Below are positions 11,801 through 18,073 of a stretch of DNA of 27,397 bases, one piece after another. The translations under genes were made by a program, and so were the position numbers. Location of the stretch: positions 1 through 27,397 of the forward strand of contig JANPJS010000281.1 in the NCBI GenBank assembly GCA_031425655.1, read 5' to 3'. Every line of letters starts with the position of its first letter. The first letter of the stretch is position 1. The notes beneath the pieces are model-generated. The model did no database searches, was not told the origin of the DNA, and saw only the letters and a program-made list of their open reading frames with translations. Source of the stretch: Abditibacteriaceae bacterium. GTDB taxonomy: Bacteria > Armatimonadota > Abditibacteriia > Abditibacteriales > Abditibacteriaceae.

Positions 11801-14800
11801 GATATTCAACAACGGGGGCCTCGCCATCAATCTGGTGGGCGGCGCCGGAGAAAATGCGGCGGGCGTCACGCCCAACGACCAAACGACCGCGCCTTTCGAT
11901 AGCGACACCGGCCCGAACAACCTGCAAAACTTTCCGGTTTTGACGGCGGCGCCGGGCGGCACACGCATTCAAGGCACGCTGACCAGCACGCAGAATACTC
12001 TCTTTACGCTTTCGTTTTACGATAACGCCACCGCCGACCCGTCGGGCTTTGGCGAGGGCCAACGCTTCCTCAAGCTGGAAAACGTGACAACCGACGCTTC
12101 GGGCGTGGCGATCTTTGATTTCCCGATAGCTCCGGCTTTGCCTGTGGGTCGTCTCGTCACGGCAACGGCCACCAGCATCACGACCAACAACACCAGCGAA
12201 TTTTCAAAGGCTGTGCGAGCCACGCAAACTTTCACGGTCAACACCACCGACGCCGACGATGACGGCGCCTGCGACATCTTGTCTTCAACCACCGATTGCA
12301 CGCTGCGCGAAGCCATCAACGCCGCCAATGCGGCTGCGGGCGTCAACACGATTAATTTCGCTATTTCCGGCACCGGCGTGAAAACCATCGCGCCGACTTC
12401 GGCACTACCGACCATTACCGGGCCGACTCTTATTGACGGCGCCTCACAGCCGGGCTTCGTGCCGGGAAATGCGCCGCTCATCCGACTCGACGGCTCTGGG
12501 GTTGGGCAGGATGTGGTAGGCCTGACCATTACGGCGGCTAACTGCGCGGTGCGAATGCTCAACATCGCCGACTTTGCCGCCAGCGGCATTCGCCTCACCG
12601 GGACGGGAGCCACCGGAAATCGCATCGAAGGCTGTTACATCGGAACCAATGCCGCCGGCACCGCCGCCAATCCCAACGGCGTCAACGTCAGTGCGGGCGA
12701 GCCTGCCGGCAAAGGCGGCGTGCTCATTGACACCAACGCACGCAATAACGACATCGGCAACGGCGGCAGCGGCAACGCCACGCTTCGCAACGTCATTTCC
12801 GGCAATATCGGCAGAGGCATCGAGATCAACAACTTCGCTGCTGCCAACACGAAAGATAACGTCGTAGCAGGCAATTACATCGGCCTCAAAGCCGATGGCC
12901 TGAGCGCTTTGCCCAACGGCGGCGCCGGTGTCGAACTCGCCTTCCAAACGTCGGGAAACAAAATCGGTTTGGCCGGCGCGAACAACGGCAACGTCATCAG
13001 CGGCCATAACCTCGTTCCTGCCTCCGGCGTGAGCATAGGTCAAGGGTGTTTCAACAACATCGTGGTGAATAACTTCATCGGCACCAACAAAAACGGCACG
13101 GGCGCTGTTCCCAACCAGAACGGCATCAGCATCGCCTTTAACGCGCACGATAACATCATCGGCGGCACCACCGCAGCCCAGCGCAACGTCATTTCCGGCA
13201 ACGCACAGGCGGGCATCGCCTTTGGCGACGGCGCCAACAACAACCGCGTTTTCGGCAACTTCATCGGCACGAAGAACGATGGCACAACTGATCTGGGCAA
13301 CGGCGGCGGCGGCGGCATTTCGATTGGCGCCGGCGGGCCGGCCTTAACCGGCGCCTTCAATAACATCATCGGCGGAACGGCGGCGGGACAAGCCAACGTT
13401 ATCGCCTTTAACGGCGGCGATGGTGTGACAATTATCGGTGACGGTGCCACGGTTGCGACGGGCAACAGCATTCGCCGCAACTCGATTTTCAGCAACGGAC
13501 AACTGGGCATTGACCTTATCGGCGGGCTGGAAAACAATCAGGTGACCAAAAATGACAGCGGCGACGGCGATAACGGCGCCAACCGCCTGCAAAATTATCC
13601 TGAGCTGACTTCGGCGGTTAACGAAGTCGCCGGAACACGGGTGAGCGGCACGCTGAACGGCCCGGCCAACACCTTATTCAACATCGAATTCTTCGATAAC
13701 GTCACACCCGATTCGTCCAGCTTCGGTCAAGGCGAAAGGTTCGTCTCGGCGCTCAACAATTTCGATACCGGCTCGACCGGCACCGGCACTTTCAATGTCG
13801 TTATTCCCAGCGTGCCGGACGGCCACTTCATCTCGGCCACGGCCACCTCAATCGGCGGCGACACCAGCGAATTTTCAAAGGTGCTGGAAGTCGGCGCCGT
13901 GAGCAACCTGCCAGAGCTTTCCATCAACAATGTGCGCGTCACCGAAGGCAGCGGAGCCAACGCCATCTTCACCGTTACGCTCTCGCAAGCGTCCTTAACT
14001 GCAGTGACGGTGAACTTCACCACGGCCAATGGCACCGCCATCGCGCCCGGCGATTACACCGCCAAAACCGGCACGTTGAATTTCAGCGCCGGAGAACTTA
14101 CGAAAACGATTAGCGTGGCCGTAGCCAACGACGCTGCTGTCGAACCGGACGAAACCTTCAAGGTCAATCTCTCAGCGCCATCGGGAGCCACCATCGCCGA
14201 CGCAACCGGCTTAGGCACAATTGACGACGAAGCAACGCCGAATTTTGTCGTTGATACTAATTCGGACGCCAATCTGACGGCTTGCACGGCGGCGGCAGGC
14301 GATTGCTCGCTGCGCGGCGCGATTAACAACGCCAACGCCGACGCAGCGCCGCAAACCATCGCCTTCGCTATTCCCGGCAGCGGCGTGCCGACAATTATCC
14401 TCACTTCGCCGCTGCCGGCCATCACGCAGCCTCTGACCATTGACGGCTTCAGCCAAAACCCGGCGACGGGCGGGCCACAGGTGGAAATCAACGGCAACGG
14501 TCGCAACTACGGCGTGACCCTTCAAGGCGCGAACAGCGCGGTCAAGGGCTTGATTATCAACCTGTGCAACCTTGCCGGCGTGCGGATTACGGGAAGCGCG
14601 GCTCAAAACAACAACGTGCAGGGCTGTTACATCGGCACCAATATCACCGGCACCAGCCTGCTGCCCAACCAGGACGGCGTGGAAATTTCCGCTGGCGCGA
14701 AGAATAACGTCCTCGGTGGCACAGGCACGGCGCGCAACCTGATTTCCGGCAACTTCGGGCGCGGCGTCTTTATCACCGGCGCCGGCACGACCGGCAACCA

Positions 14801-17666
14801 GTTGACGGGCAACTTCATCGGCACCAGAAGAGACGGCCTGTCCGCGTTGTCCAACGGCACGGGCGTCGAAATTTCCGGCGGCGCCGGCAGCAATGCCATC
14901 GGCGGCACCGGCGCACGCAACTTTATCAGCGGCAACGACCGGGGCGGCGTCTTCATCAACGGCGCCAACGATAACAAAGTGCAGGGAAATTACATCGGTG
15001 TCAACGTCAACGGCGCCGCCGCTCTACCCAACAGTGGCAGTGGCGTCGAGATTTCAGGAGGGGCGAAAAACAACCTGGTCGGAGGCGGCGCTTCCGCCAC
15101 ACGCAACGTCATTGCGGGCAACACAGGGCGAGGCGTGTTGATTAGCGGCCTCGGCTCCGACGGCAACAAGGTGCAGGGCAACTACATCGGCACGAACGCC
15201 ACAGGCGCGGCGGCGCTTGCCAATGCCTCCGATGGCCTTGCGGTTGCGTCCGGCGCCAAGAATAACGTCATCGGAGGCGCCACGAGCGGTTCCGGCAACC
15301 TGCTCAGCGGCAATCGGCTTTCCGGCATCAGCCTCGAAGGCGACACCACCGCCAGCAATACCGTCATCGGCAATCGCATCGGCGTGGCTGCCAACGGCAC
15401 CGCGTCTTTGCCTAACAACCAGCACGGCGTCAGCATCGCCGGCGCCGACAACAACGTCATCGGCGGGACGGGCACCAGTTCCAACCTCATCGCCAACAAC
15501 AAGGCCGACGGCGTCGCGGTTACCACCGCCGGCGGCCCGGCAACGGGCAATCGCATTCGCGGCAACCGCATTTTCAATAACACCGGACTGGGCATTGACC
15601 TCGCCGACAACGGCGTGACCCTCAACGATGCCGCCGATGCCGACAACGGCCCGAACGGGCTGCAAAACTTCCCGACGATCACCGACGCCGGCCAGTTTGG
15701 CGCCAATCAGCCCCTGCAATTGTCGGGCACCTTCGCAAGCGCGCCGGGCCGTGACTTCATCATTGACGTTTACGCCGGCGCTGCCCAGGACCCGACGCTG
15801 TTCGGCGAAGGCGAAAAATACATCGGCACCTTCAACCTCACGACGGATGCCGGCGGCGCGGCTAATTTTGCGCGCTCGGTTGGCGACACCACGCTTGCCG
15901 ATTTGAGCAACCAATTCATTACCTTAACCGCGACCGACTCGCTGAGCGGCAATAGCAGCGAGTTCTCGAAAGCCTTCAAAGTGCCGGCAACTTCCGGTCT
16001 GGTGATTACGCCGCCGGGCGTGACGCCGCCGACGCCGATCACTTTGCTGCCGTGCGAGCAACAGCAATTTAGCGCCAGCGTGGCCGGTGTGCCGGTCGCG
16101 GTGCGCTGGACTGCCAGCGGCGGCACCATCACGCCGTCCAACGCCGGCACAGTGCCGGTAGCGACCATTGACTACAAGGCGGGCAGCGCCAGCAGCTTTA
16201 CTCTCACTGCCACGCCGCCCTCCGGCGCGCCGGTCAGCGTGACGATCAACGTGAGCGCGTCTCCCGATAACTTCTTTGGCTGGGGCTTCAATGCCTACGG
16301 AAACGTCGGCGACAACACCACGAGCCAACAAAACGCGCCCGTTGACGTGAGTCTGCCGCCTCTGCCGACGATTATCGCCGCCGGAGGCAGCCACAGTCTC
16401 GCGGTTTCCGACGGCAAACTCTTCGCGTGGGGCTTGAATCAAGACTTCCAGTTGGGATTGGGCGATCAAAGCAATCGCACCGTGCCGACGCAGGTTCCCG
16501 GCGTGGACGGCACCAAAGTCACGGCTTTGGCGTGCGGATTCTATCACTCACTGGCTGTCGTCAACGGCGAAGTTTTCGCGTGGGGTTACAATCGCTATGG
16601 GCAGAGCGGACAGCCGCCCGGCACCGGTGATCCGCACGTTTTGGTTCCCACACGGGTGCCGAATCTGAGTAATGTCGTCGAAGTGTCTGCGGGCGTTTAC
16701 TTCAGCCTCGCGCGCACCAGCAACGGCGACGTTTTCGCTTGGGGCAGCAACCTTTACGGACAATGCGGCCCGGCTGCAAGCGGAACCGTGCAGGTCACGC
16801 CGGTGAAAGTCACGCTGAGCGGCAGCGCCTCGGCAATTGGCGCCGGCGCCGCGCATAGTGCGGCTTTGGTCGGCGGACAAGTGTTTGCCTGGGGTCTGAA
16901 CGAAACCGGACAACTGGGCAATGGCACCAGCGGAGTCGGCCTGCAAACCGCGCGTCCGGTGCGCGCCGGAACGCTCAGCGGCATGACGCTTTTGGCGGTT
17001 GGCTACGCGCATACTTTGGCCGGCAATGCGACGACGGTGTTCAGTTGGGGCAACAACGGCAAGAGCGAACTGGGTCGCAACGGAACGACCAACTCCGCCA
17101 CACCCGGCGCCATTTCCGGCCTCAGCGGCGTGACGAAACTGGCCGCCGGCTCGGCGCACAACTTGGCCGTGAGGTCTGATGGCTCGTTGTGGAGTTGGGG
17201 TTCTAACGATTTCGGCAATCTGGGGCTTGGCGATACGGCTAACCGCGCCACGCCACAGCAAGTCACGCAGTTGCGCGGCGTGCGCGACATCGCCGCCGGC
17301 TACGCTCACAGTTTCGCGGTCGCCAAAGAAGACCTGTGTGCGTCTCCAGCCGGGCCTCCTGACGCGCTTCGTGCCTCGGTTCAGGACAACGAAACAGAGA
17401 AGTCGGTAGAAAAGCCGTTCTCCGACAGCGGTTCAGCGTTCAGTTCCAGCGACAGCATCGTTTTAGCTCTCGCGCCGTCGGACAAGGCGCCGACCTTCTT
17501 CCGCGTGGCCGTCAATGGCCGCGATGTCGAAGTGCAAAGCGTGCAAAAATCTCAGGACGCCACCACGCTGCTCTTGCCGACGGGCACCTTAAAAGCGGGC
17601 GACCAGATTGTTGTCACTTGGAACAGCTTAGGCGGCCTTCAAAGCCTGACATTGCAAGCCGAATAA
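2877..17666 (+). CDS. giant secreted repetitive surface protein / putative adhesin (4929 aa): 6x [CSLREA domain + right-handed parallel beta-helix + Ig-like cap], Calx-beta, Ig-like, 7x RCC1 repeats, C-terminal domain
   Basis: N-terminal signal peptide. Six FTVN...D...C...C(T/S)LR(E/A/G)AI motifs start at about 3135, 4950, 8450, 10435, 12225 and 14240. There are many GNxIGTNAAG / RNVISGN repeats, and each module ends NxxQNxP...TATAT...SEFS. A Calx-beta domain (ELSINNVRVTEG...TANGTA..GDY...EPDETF) lies at about 13910-14225. Seven (F/W)xWGxNxxxxxG RCC1 blades lie at about 16270-17325. Confidence 0.92.
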   Translation: MHRFSRSVSIVACFSLLAFCAAYSPAARGASQNAALFAPLRVLAGFLGLTAPVLPQKPQKNIAAKPQTRPIRLAAAPPTGIGPRVQTFTVNDTGDSGDATTTDGVCDIDPTSGGCTLRAAIEQANATPGADIIQFAIFGTPGGEQTIAPTSPLPIITEQVTINGYTQDGASANTSTGTVLNTSLKIVLDGTSAGTGADGLTISSASNCVIKGLNIRNFDDAGVIIDGSSASGNTVEGCFIGTTSGGTSALANKTGIAVTGSALNNTIGGTTAASHNVVSGNIGNGITTDNGCNNNTLRGNYIGINAAGTTAVANGGHGVRLSSIGNTVSDNVISGNTGTGLRVLGDGAAGTATIIIQGNIIGLNATAAAKVPNDNGLFINNRDNVTVGGLSTALRNTISGNTREGILVSNFSTGNSVTIQGNRIGSNANGDTNLGNGDDGIFIVGGTGDQILSNPIVGNGGNGIEVATSTGVVIQQNNLGVPGNGNTLAGVSLVTAAQNTVIGGAFNDSTPGGEGNLIAGNRTGVSVFSGSNDAVGNTIRGNTIQDNTELGINLDGDGTSGDDVTANDDDLSGATDDDDTGNNNLQNFPNITSLAGNNIIGNFHSTPGKSFVLDFYRNVTPDSSGFGEGETLVTSQPVTTDANGDANFSFAAGAAIGSDTITATATRTSATDATGTRGDTSEFSAAVGAVQSFTVNSSADTNDGACNATNCTLREAINAANSSSGADIIQFAISGTPGVAQTISPTSPLPIISEAVTIDGSMQPGFSATPLIVLSGQNSGVRPPTSFAAALQITADNCIVRSLCFNNGFPGGIEISGVSGNALASNNKVEGCFFGTNAAGTAASTLSGPGISLSDGGAAGNGATNNIIGGTTAAQRNIINTNKPNSGFGIDIEGDNTSGNRVIGNFIGTNAAGTGAIGSAHGIGISAGAHDNLIGGTTAAERNIISGNDTGVLIYSNANTIQGNYIGTDVTGNAALANTNEGVSLDAGAAGNIIGGTATTPGSGRGNVISGNGGPGVEIIGRSFGTGAFSANNIVQGNLIGLKANGGALANAFGVAVTLGANGNRIGGTTAGQGNVISGNTSDGIHFSDAGTNNNTVQGNFIGTNTAGTGPLGNANGVFLGFDSQTNTIGGTTPAARNIISGNNGDGVQFPNGSAVNNLVQGNFIGLNAAGTAAIANTGAGVTIGNGSNTIGGAVAGAGNVISGNTGHGVQFNNSGASNTIAGNFIGTNAAGTADIGNGGDGVSLRGGGGSNVIGGTTAAARNVISGNDGNGVGVTFPSNTILGNFIGTNAAGTAALGNTLAGVRLQGSSGNIIGGGTASARNIISGNTEDGVRLTLNGITNTRNARIEGNFIGTDVNGTGDLGNGRHGINADGAVITDIGSDLRNVISGNAQSGIAISGDSRGTYAGNFIGVDASGNVALPNSVGIFVQTTSSQQIIGAAGAAGRNVISGNTNTGVLVRGANSNATIVNNLIGLGADGTTDVGNTLSGVLLDGGASGNAVGGGTGLGNVISGNGGGVRIEGAGTNNRVQGNIIGLAQDGATIRRNDAAGINVIGTASTDIGGISAPLRNIISGNGAGIVLDAGTTATFLLSNFIGTDITGALDRGNDADGISISNSSNNTIGDAVAGTNNVISGNGGPGVHIFTFGGGTATGNKIYAARIGTGAAGASVQIPNTGEGVLIDSGAANNRVGDGSNSLANIIAFNNSAGVRVPTGAGTGNQITRNAIFSNAGLGIDLGANGITGNDLGDGDSGANNLQNFPTITSVTPSGTNVFINGTLDSAPGSYTIEVFRNTSADPLGNGEGEIFAGSATSTVPTAGLGTFSLQVPGTVSDSYTATATRAAAPFDTSEFSVAVSGAQTFTVNSAADTDDGTCTAAVNGCTLREAINATNANTGADTISFEIPGAVGAVRTITPATALPIISEAVTINGYSQSGSSANTLAVGNNAVLLIQISGNGVNGDGLRFNGGNSLVRGLIINGFTTPDAAAILFSSSNNTVSGCFLGTNAAGTAVAGNEKGVRIGGFGLPISDDNTVGGASAGARNVISGNTDEGVLIVFGPERNTVQNNYIGTDKNGTAAVANGEGVVLAISPNHRVLGNVISGNQGSGMRIDTDGLNPSDASGHVIRGNFIGTNARGTAAIPNATGIFMSSGINNTIGGLLAGEANVISGNTGDGVAMQGSNTNTIQGNIIGLNAAGTAKVANGGNGLNLTLNSVNTIGGASAAARNVISGNGAAGLRIDRGSEFVRGNFIGTNAAGTAALGNTGVGVLIVEGAGNIIGGEAAGERNVISGNGASGIVVGGTGFNGNSIFGNFIGTNAAGTAGLANAIGITVQESTRNNGIGLVTNFFSGAVTGRANLIAFNTGDGVRLQDTATGNTVRGNAIHSNGRLGINLVGGIGELGNGVTPNDTDDADTGPNNYQNSPVLSNVRQSGGNTLVDVSLNSVGGSNYLLDFYTNATADPSGNGEGQTFVGTDKLTIPGGATTASKTVTLTGNLTSSFLTATATLEFGNDTSEFSVAVSGAQTFTINSTADTDDGACTAAVNGCTLREAINATNANAGADTISFALSGTGVQTIRPSTPLPAITDQVTLDGYSQPLATANTLVNGFDANILIALSGENIVGGASGLVVQANNSLINGLIIHRFQSTALVFNGNNNRLEGCMIGPDSAGTGNFSNASNGEGVRVSGTGNIIGGAFAGRRNIISGNRLDGISISGAAVAGNNRVEGNFIGTTKTGLAPLGNGRTGVSISGLTNNTIGGGATAFRNIISGNQSGIVIFTASNLVQSNYIGVGVNGTTAIGNRGRGVFVQTGSNNFIGGAAPGKGQPRGNVISNNSAEGVATNGANSTRIQGNIIGLNAPGTALAPNGTAGISLLSNNNSIGGANPVQGNIISGNGTVTVPADGLRIDGNNNTVLRNLIGIGVNGSTPRGNTGHGIFVNTCNNNVIGSSTASNSIAHNGKDGVRVTEFGGNGVGNALLINQIFNNGGLAINLVGGAGENAAGVTPNDQTTAPFDSDTGPNNLQNFPVLTAAPGGTRIQGTLTSTQNTLFTLSFYDNATADPSGFGEGQRFLKLENVTTDASGVAIFDFPIAPALPVGRLVTATATSITTNNTSEFSKAVRATQTFTVNTTDADDDGACDILSSTTDCTLREAINAANAAAGVNTINFAISGTGVKTIAPTSALPTITGPTLIDGASQPGFVPGNAPLIRLDGSGVGQDVVGLTITAANCAVRMLNIADFAASGIRLTGTGATGNRIEGCYIGTNAAGTAANPNGVNVSAGEPAGKGGVLIDTNARNNDIGNGGSGNATLRNVISGNIGRGIEINNFAAANTKDNVVAGNYIGLKADGLSALPNGGAGVELAFQTSGNKIGLAGANNGNVISGHNLVPASGVSIGQGCFNNIVVNNFIGTNKNGTGAVPNQNGISIAFNAHDNIIGGTTAAQRNVISGNAQAGIAFGDGANNNRVFGNFIGTKNDGTTDLGNGGGGGISIGAGGPALTGAFNNIIGGTAAGQANVIAFNGGDGVTIIGDGATVATGNSIRRNSIFSNGQLGIDLIGGLENNQVTKNDSGDGDNGANRLQNYPELTSAVNEVAGTRVSGTLNGPANTLFNIEFFDNVTPDSSSFGQGERFVSALNNFDTGSTGTGTFNVVIPSVPDGHFISATATSIGGDTSEFSKVLEVGAVSNLPELSINNVRVTEGSGANAIFTVTLSQASLTAVTVNFTTANGTAIAPGDYTAKTGTLNFSAGELTKTISVAVANDAAVEPDETFKVNLSAPSGATIADATGLGTIDDEATPNFVVDTNSDANLTACTAAAGDCSLRGAINNANADAAPQTIAFAIPGSGVPTIILTSPLPAITQPLTIDGFSQNPATGGPQVEINGNGRNYGVTLQGANSAVKGLIINLCNLAGVRITGSAAQNNNVQGCYIGTNITGTSLLPNQDGVEISAGAKNNVLGGTGTARNLISGNFGRGVFITGAGTTGNQLTGNFIGTRRDGLSALSNGTGVEISGGAGSNAIGGTGARNFISGNDRGGVFINGANDNKVQGNYIGVNVNGAAALPNSGSGVEISGGAKNNLVGGGASATRNVIAGNTGRGVLISGLGSDGNKVQGNYIGTNATGAAALANASDGLAVASGAKNNVIGGATSGSGNLLSGNRLSGISLEGDTTASNTVIGNRIGVAANGTASLPNNQHGVSIAGADNNVIGGTGTSSNLIANNKADGVAVTTAGGPATGNRIRGNRIFNNTGLGIDLADNGVTLNDAADADNGPNGLQNFPTITDAGQFGANQPLQLSGTFASAPGRDFIIDVYAGAAQDPTLFGEGEKYIGTFNLTTDAGGAANFARSVGDTTLADLSNQFITLTATDSLSGNSSEFSKAFKVPATSGLVITPPGVTPPTPITLLPCEQQQFSASVAGVPVAVRWTASGGTITPSNAGTVPVATIDYKAGSASSFTLTATPPSGAPVSVTINVSASPDNFFGWGFNAYGNVGDNTTSQQNAPVDVSLPPLPTIIAAGGSHSLAVSDGKLFAWGLNQDFQLGLGDQSNRTVPTQVPGVDGTKVTALACGFYHSLAVVNGEVFAWGYNRYGQSGQPPGTGDPHVLVPTRVPNLSNVVEVSAGVYFSLARTSNGDVFAWGSNLYGQCGPAASGTVQVTPVKVTLSGSASAIGAGAAHSAALVGGQVFAWGLNETGQLGNGTSGVGLQTARPVRAGTLSGMTLLAVGYAHTLAGNATTVFSWGNNGKSELGRNGTTNSATPGAISGLSGVTKLAAGSAHNLAVRSDGSLWSWGSNDFGNLGLGDTANRATPQQVTQLRGVRDIAAGYAHSFAVAKEDLCASPAGPPDALRASVQDNETEKSVEKPFSDSGSAFSSSDSIVLALAPSDKAPTFFRVAVNGRDVEVQSVQKSQDATTLLLPTGTLKAGDQIVVTWNSLGGLQSLTLQAE
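8412..8577 (+). repeat. intragenic direct repeat copy A (module 2/3 junction)
   Basis: 166 bp with about 9 mismatches (by manual comparison) to 10398-10563. The offset of 1986 bp is in frame. Confidence 0.85.
10398..10563 (+). repeat. intragenic direct repeat copy B (module 3/4 junction)
   Basis: About 95% identical to 8412-8577. Confidence 0.85.
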
Positions 17667-17677
17667 CGCCGAAAAAG

Positions 17678-17720
17678 CAAAAGGGCGGAGCGATTTTATC
17701 GCTCCGCCCTTTTGTCGTTT
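17678..17720 (+). terminator. intrinsic terminator of the giant gene
   Basis: Perfect 17-bp stem caaaagggcggagcgat / atcgctccgcccttttg with a 3-nt loop and a T-rich tail, 11 nt after the stop codon. Confidence 0.85.
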
Positions 17721-17778
17721 GTAGGGACACGCTACAGCGTGTCCACCGTGATTTGGACACCCCGTAGCGTGTCCCTAC
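17721..17778. repeat. GTAG-family REP doublet (inverted pair, BIME-like)
   Basis: GTAG-GGACACGCT-AC-AGCGTGTCC, a 10-nt spacer, then the inverted copy GGACACCCC-GT-AGCGTGTCC-CTAC. This is the canonical GTAG foot plus hairpin arrangement. Confidence 0.85.
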
Positions 17779-17811
17779 TCTAAAAACCAGTTTAAAAATC
17801 AGTCTGAAAAG

Positions 17812-17868
17812 TCCCCTCCCCTTGCCGTCGGGTGCCCTTTGGGCAGGAGGGAGGGTTAGGGTGGGGTT
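17812..17868 (+). repeat. CCCCTCCCC...GGGAGGG-TTAGGGTGGGG-type palindromic repeat, copy 1 (loop carries an extra ~15-nt motif)
   Basis: tcccctccccttgccgtc[gggtgccctttgggc]aggagggagggttagggtggggtt aligns to copy 2 once the bracketed segment is removed. Confidence 0.65.
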
Positions 17869-18019
17869 CTGGCGTTTCCCGAACCCCCTGCCCAAAAGTG
17901 TAAAGAATGTCCTGTCAAAAGCTGTAAACCTTGTCTTGTCATCATACAACGGGGAAGGGGGTGGAAACACTTCTGCTTCGGTAAAAGTAATAATGGATTC
18001 GGGGAAAATGCGACGGGAC

Positions 18020-18065
18020 TCCCTTCCCCTTAGCCGTTTCAAGGGGAAGGGCCGGGGATGGGGTT
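18020..18065 (+). repeat. CCC(T/C)TCCCC...GGGGAAGGG-CCGGGGATGGGG-type palindromic repeat, copy 2
   Basis: The stem cccttcccctt / aaggggaaggg is followed by the G-rich tail ccggggatggggtt, which abuts the ISAs1 target site. Confidence 0.65.
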
Positions 18066-18073
18066 TGGGCAGG

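Noticed and set aside
5370..15200. Recurrent ~30-nt DNA repeat ggcaacttcatcggcaccaa(c/t)gcggcgggcac as a possible CRISPR or DGR array
   Set aside because: Spacing is irregular, variation is at synonymous positions and the repeat encodes GNFIGTNAAGT. There are no cas or RT genes and no adenine-specific mismatch pattern.
2942..17409. Dozens of antisense and alternate-frame ORFs inside the giant gene
   Set aside because: These are shadows of GC-biased, repetitive codon usage (few TTA/CTA/TCA codons). They have no recognisable motifs and repeat with the host's modules.
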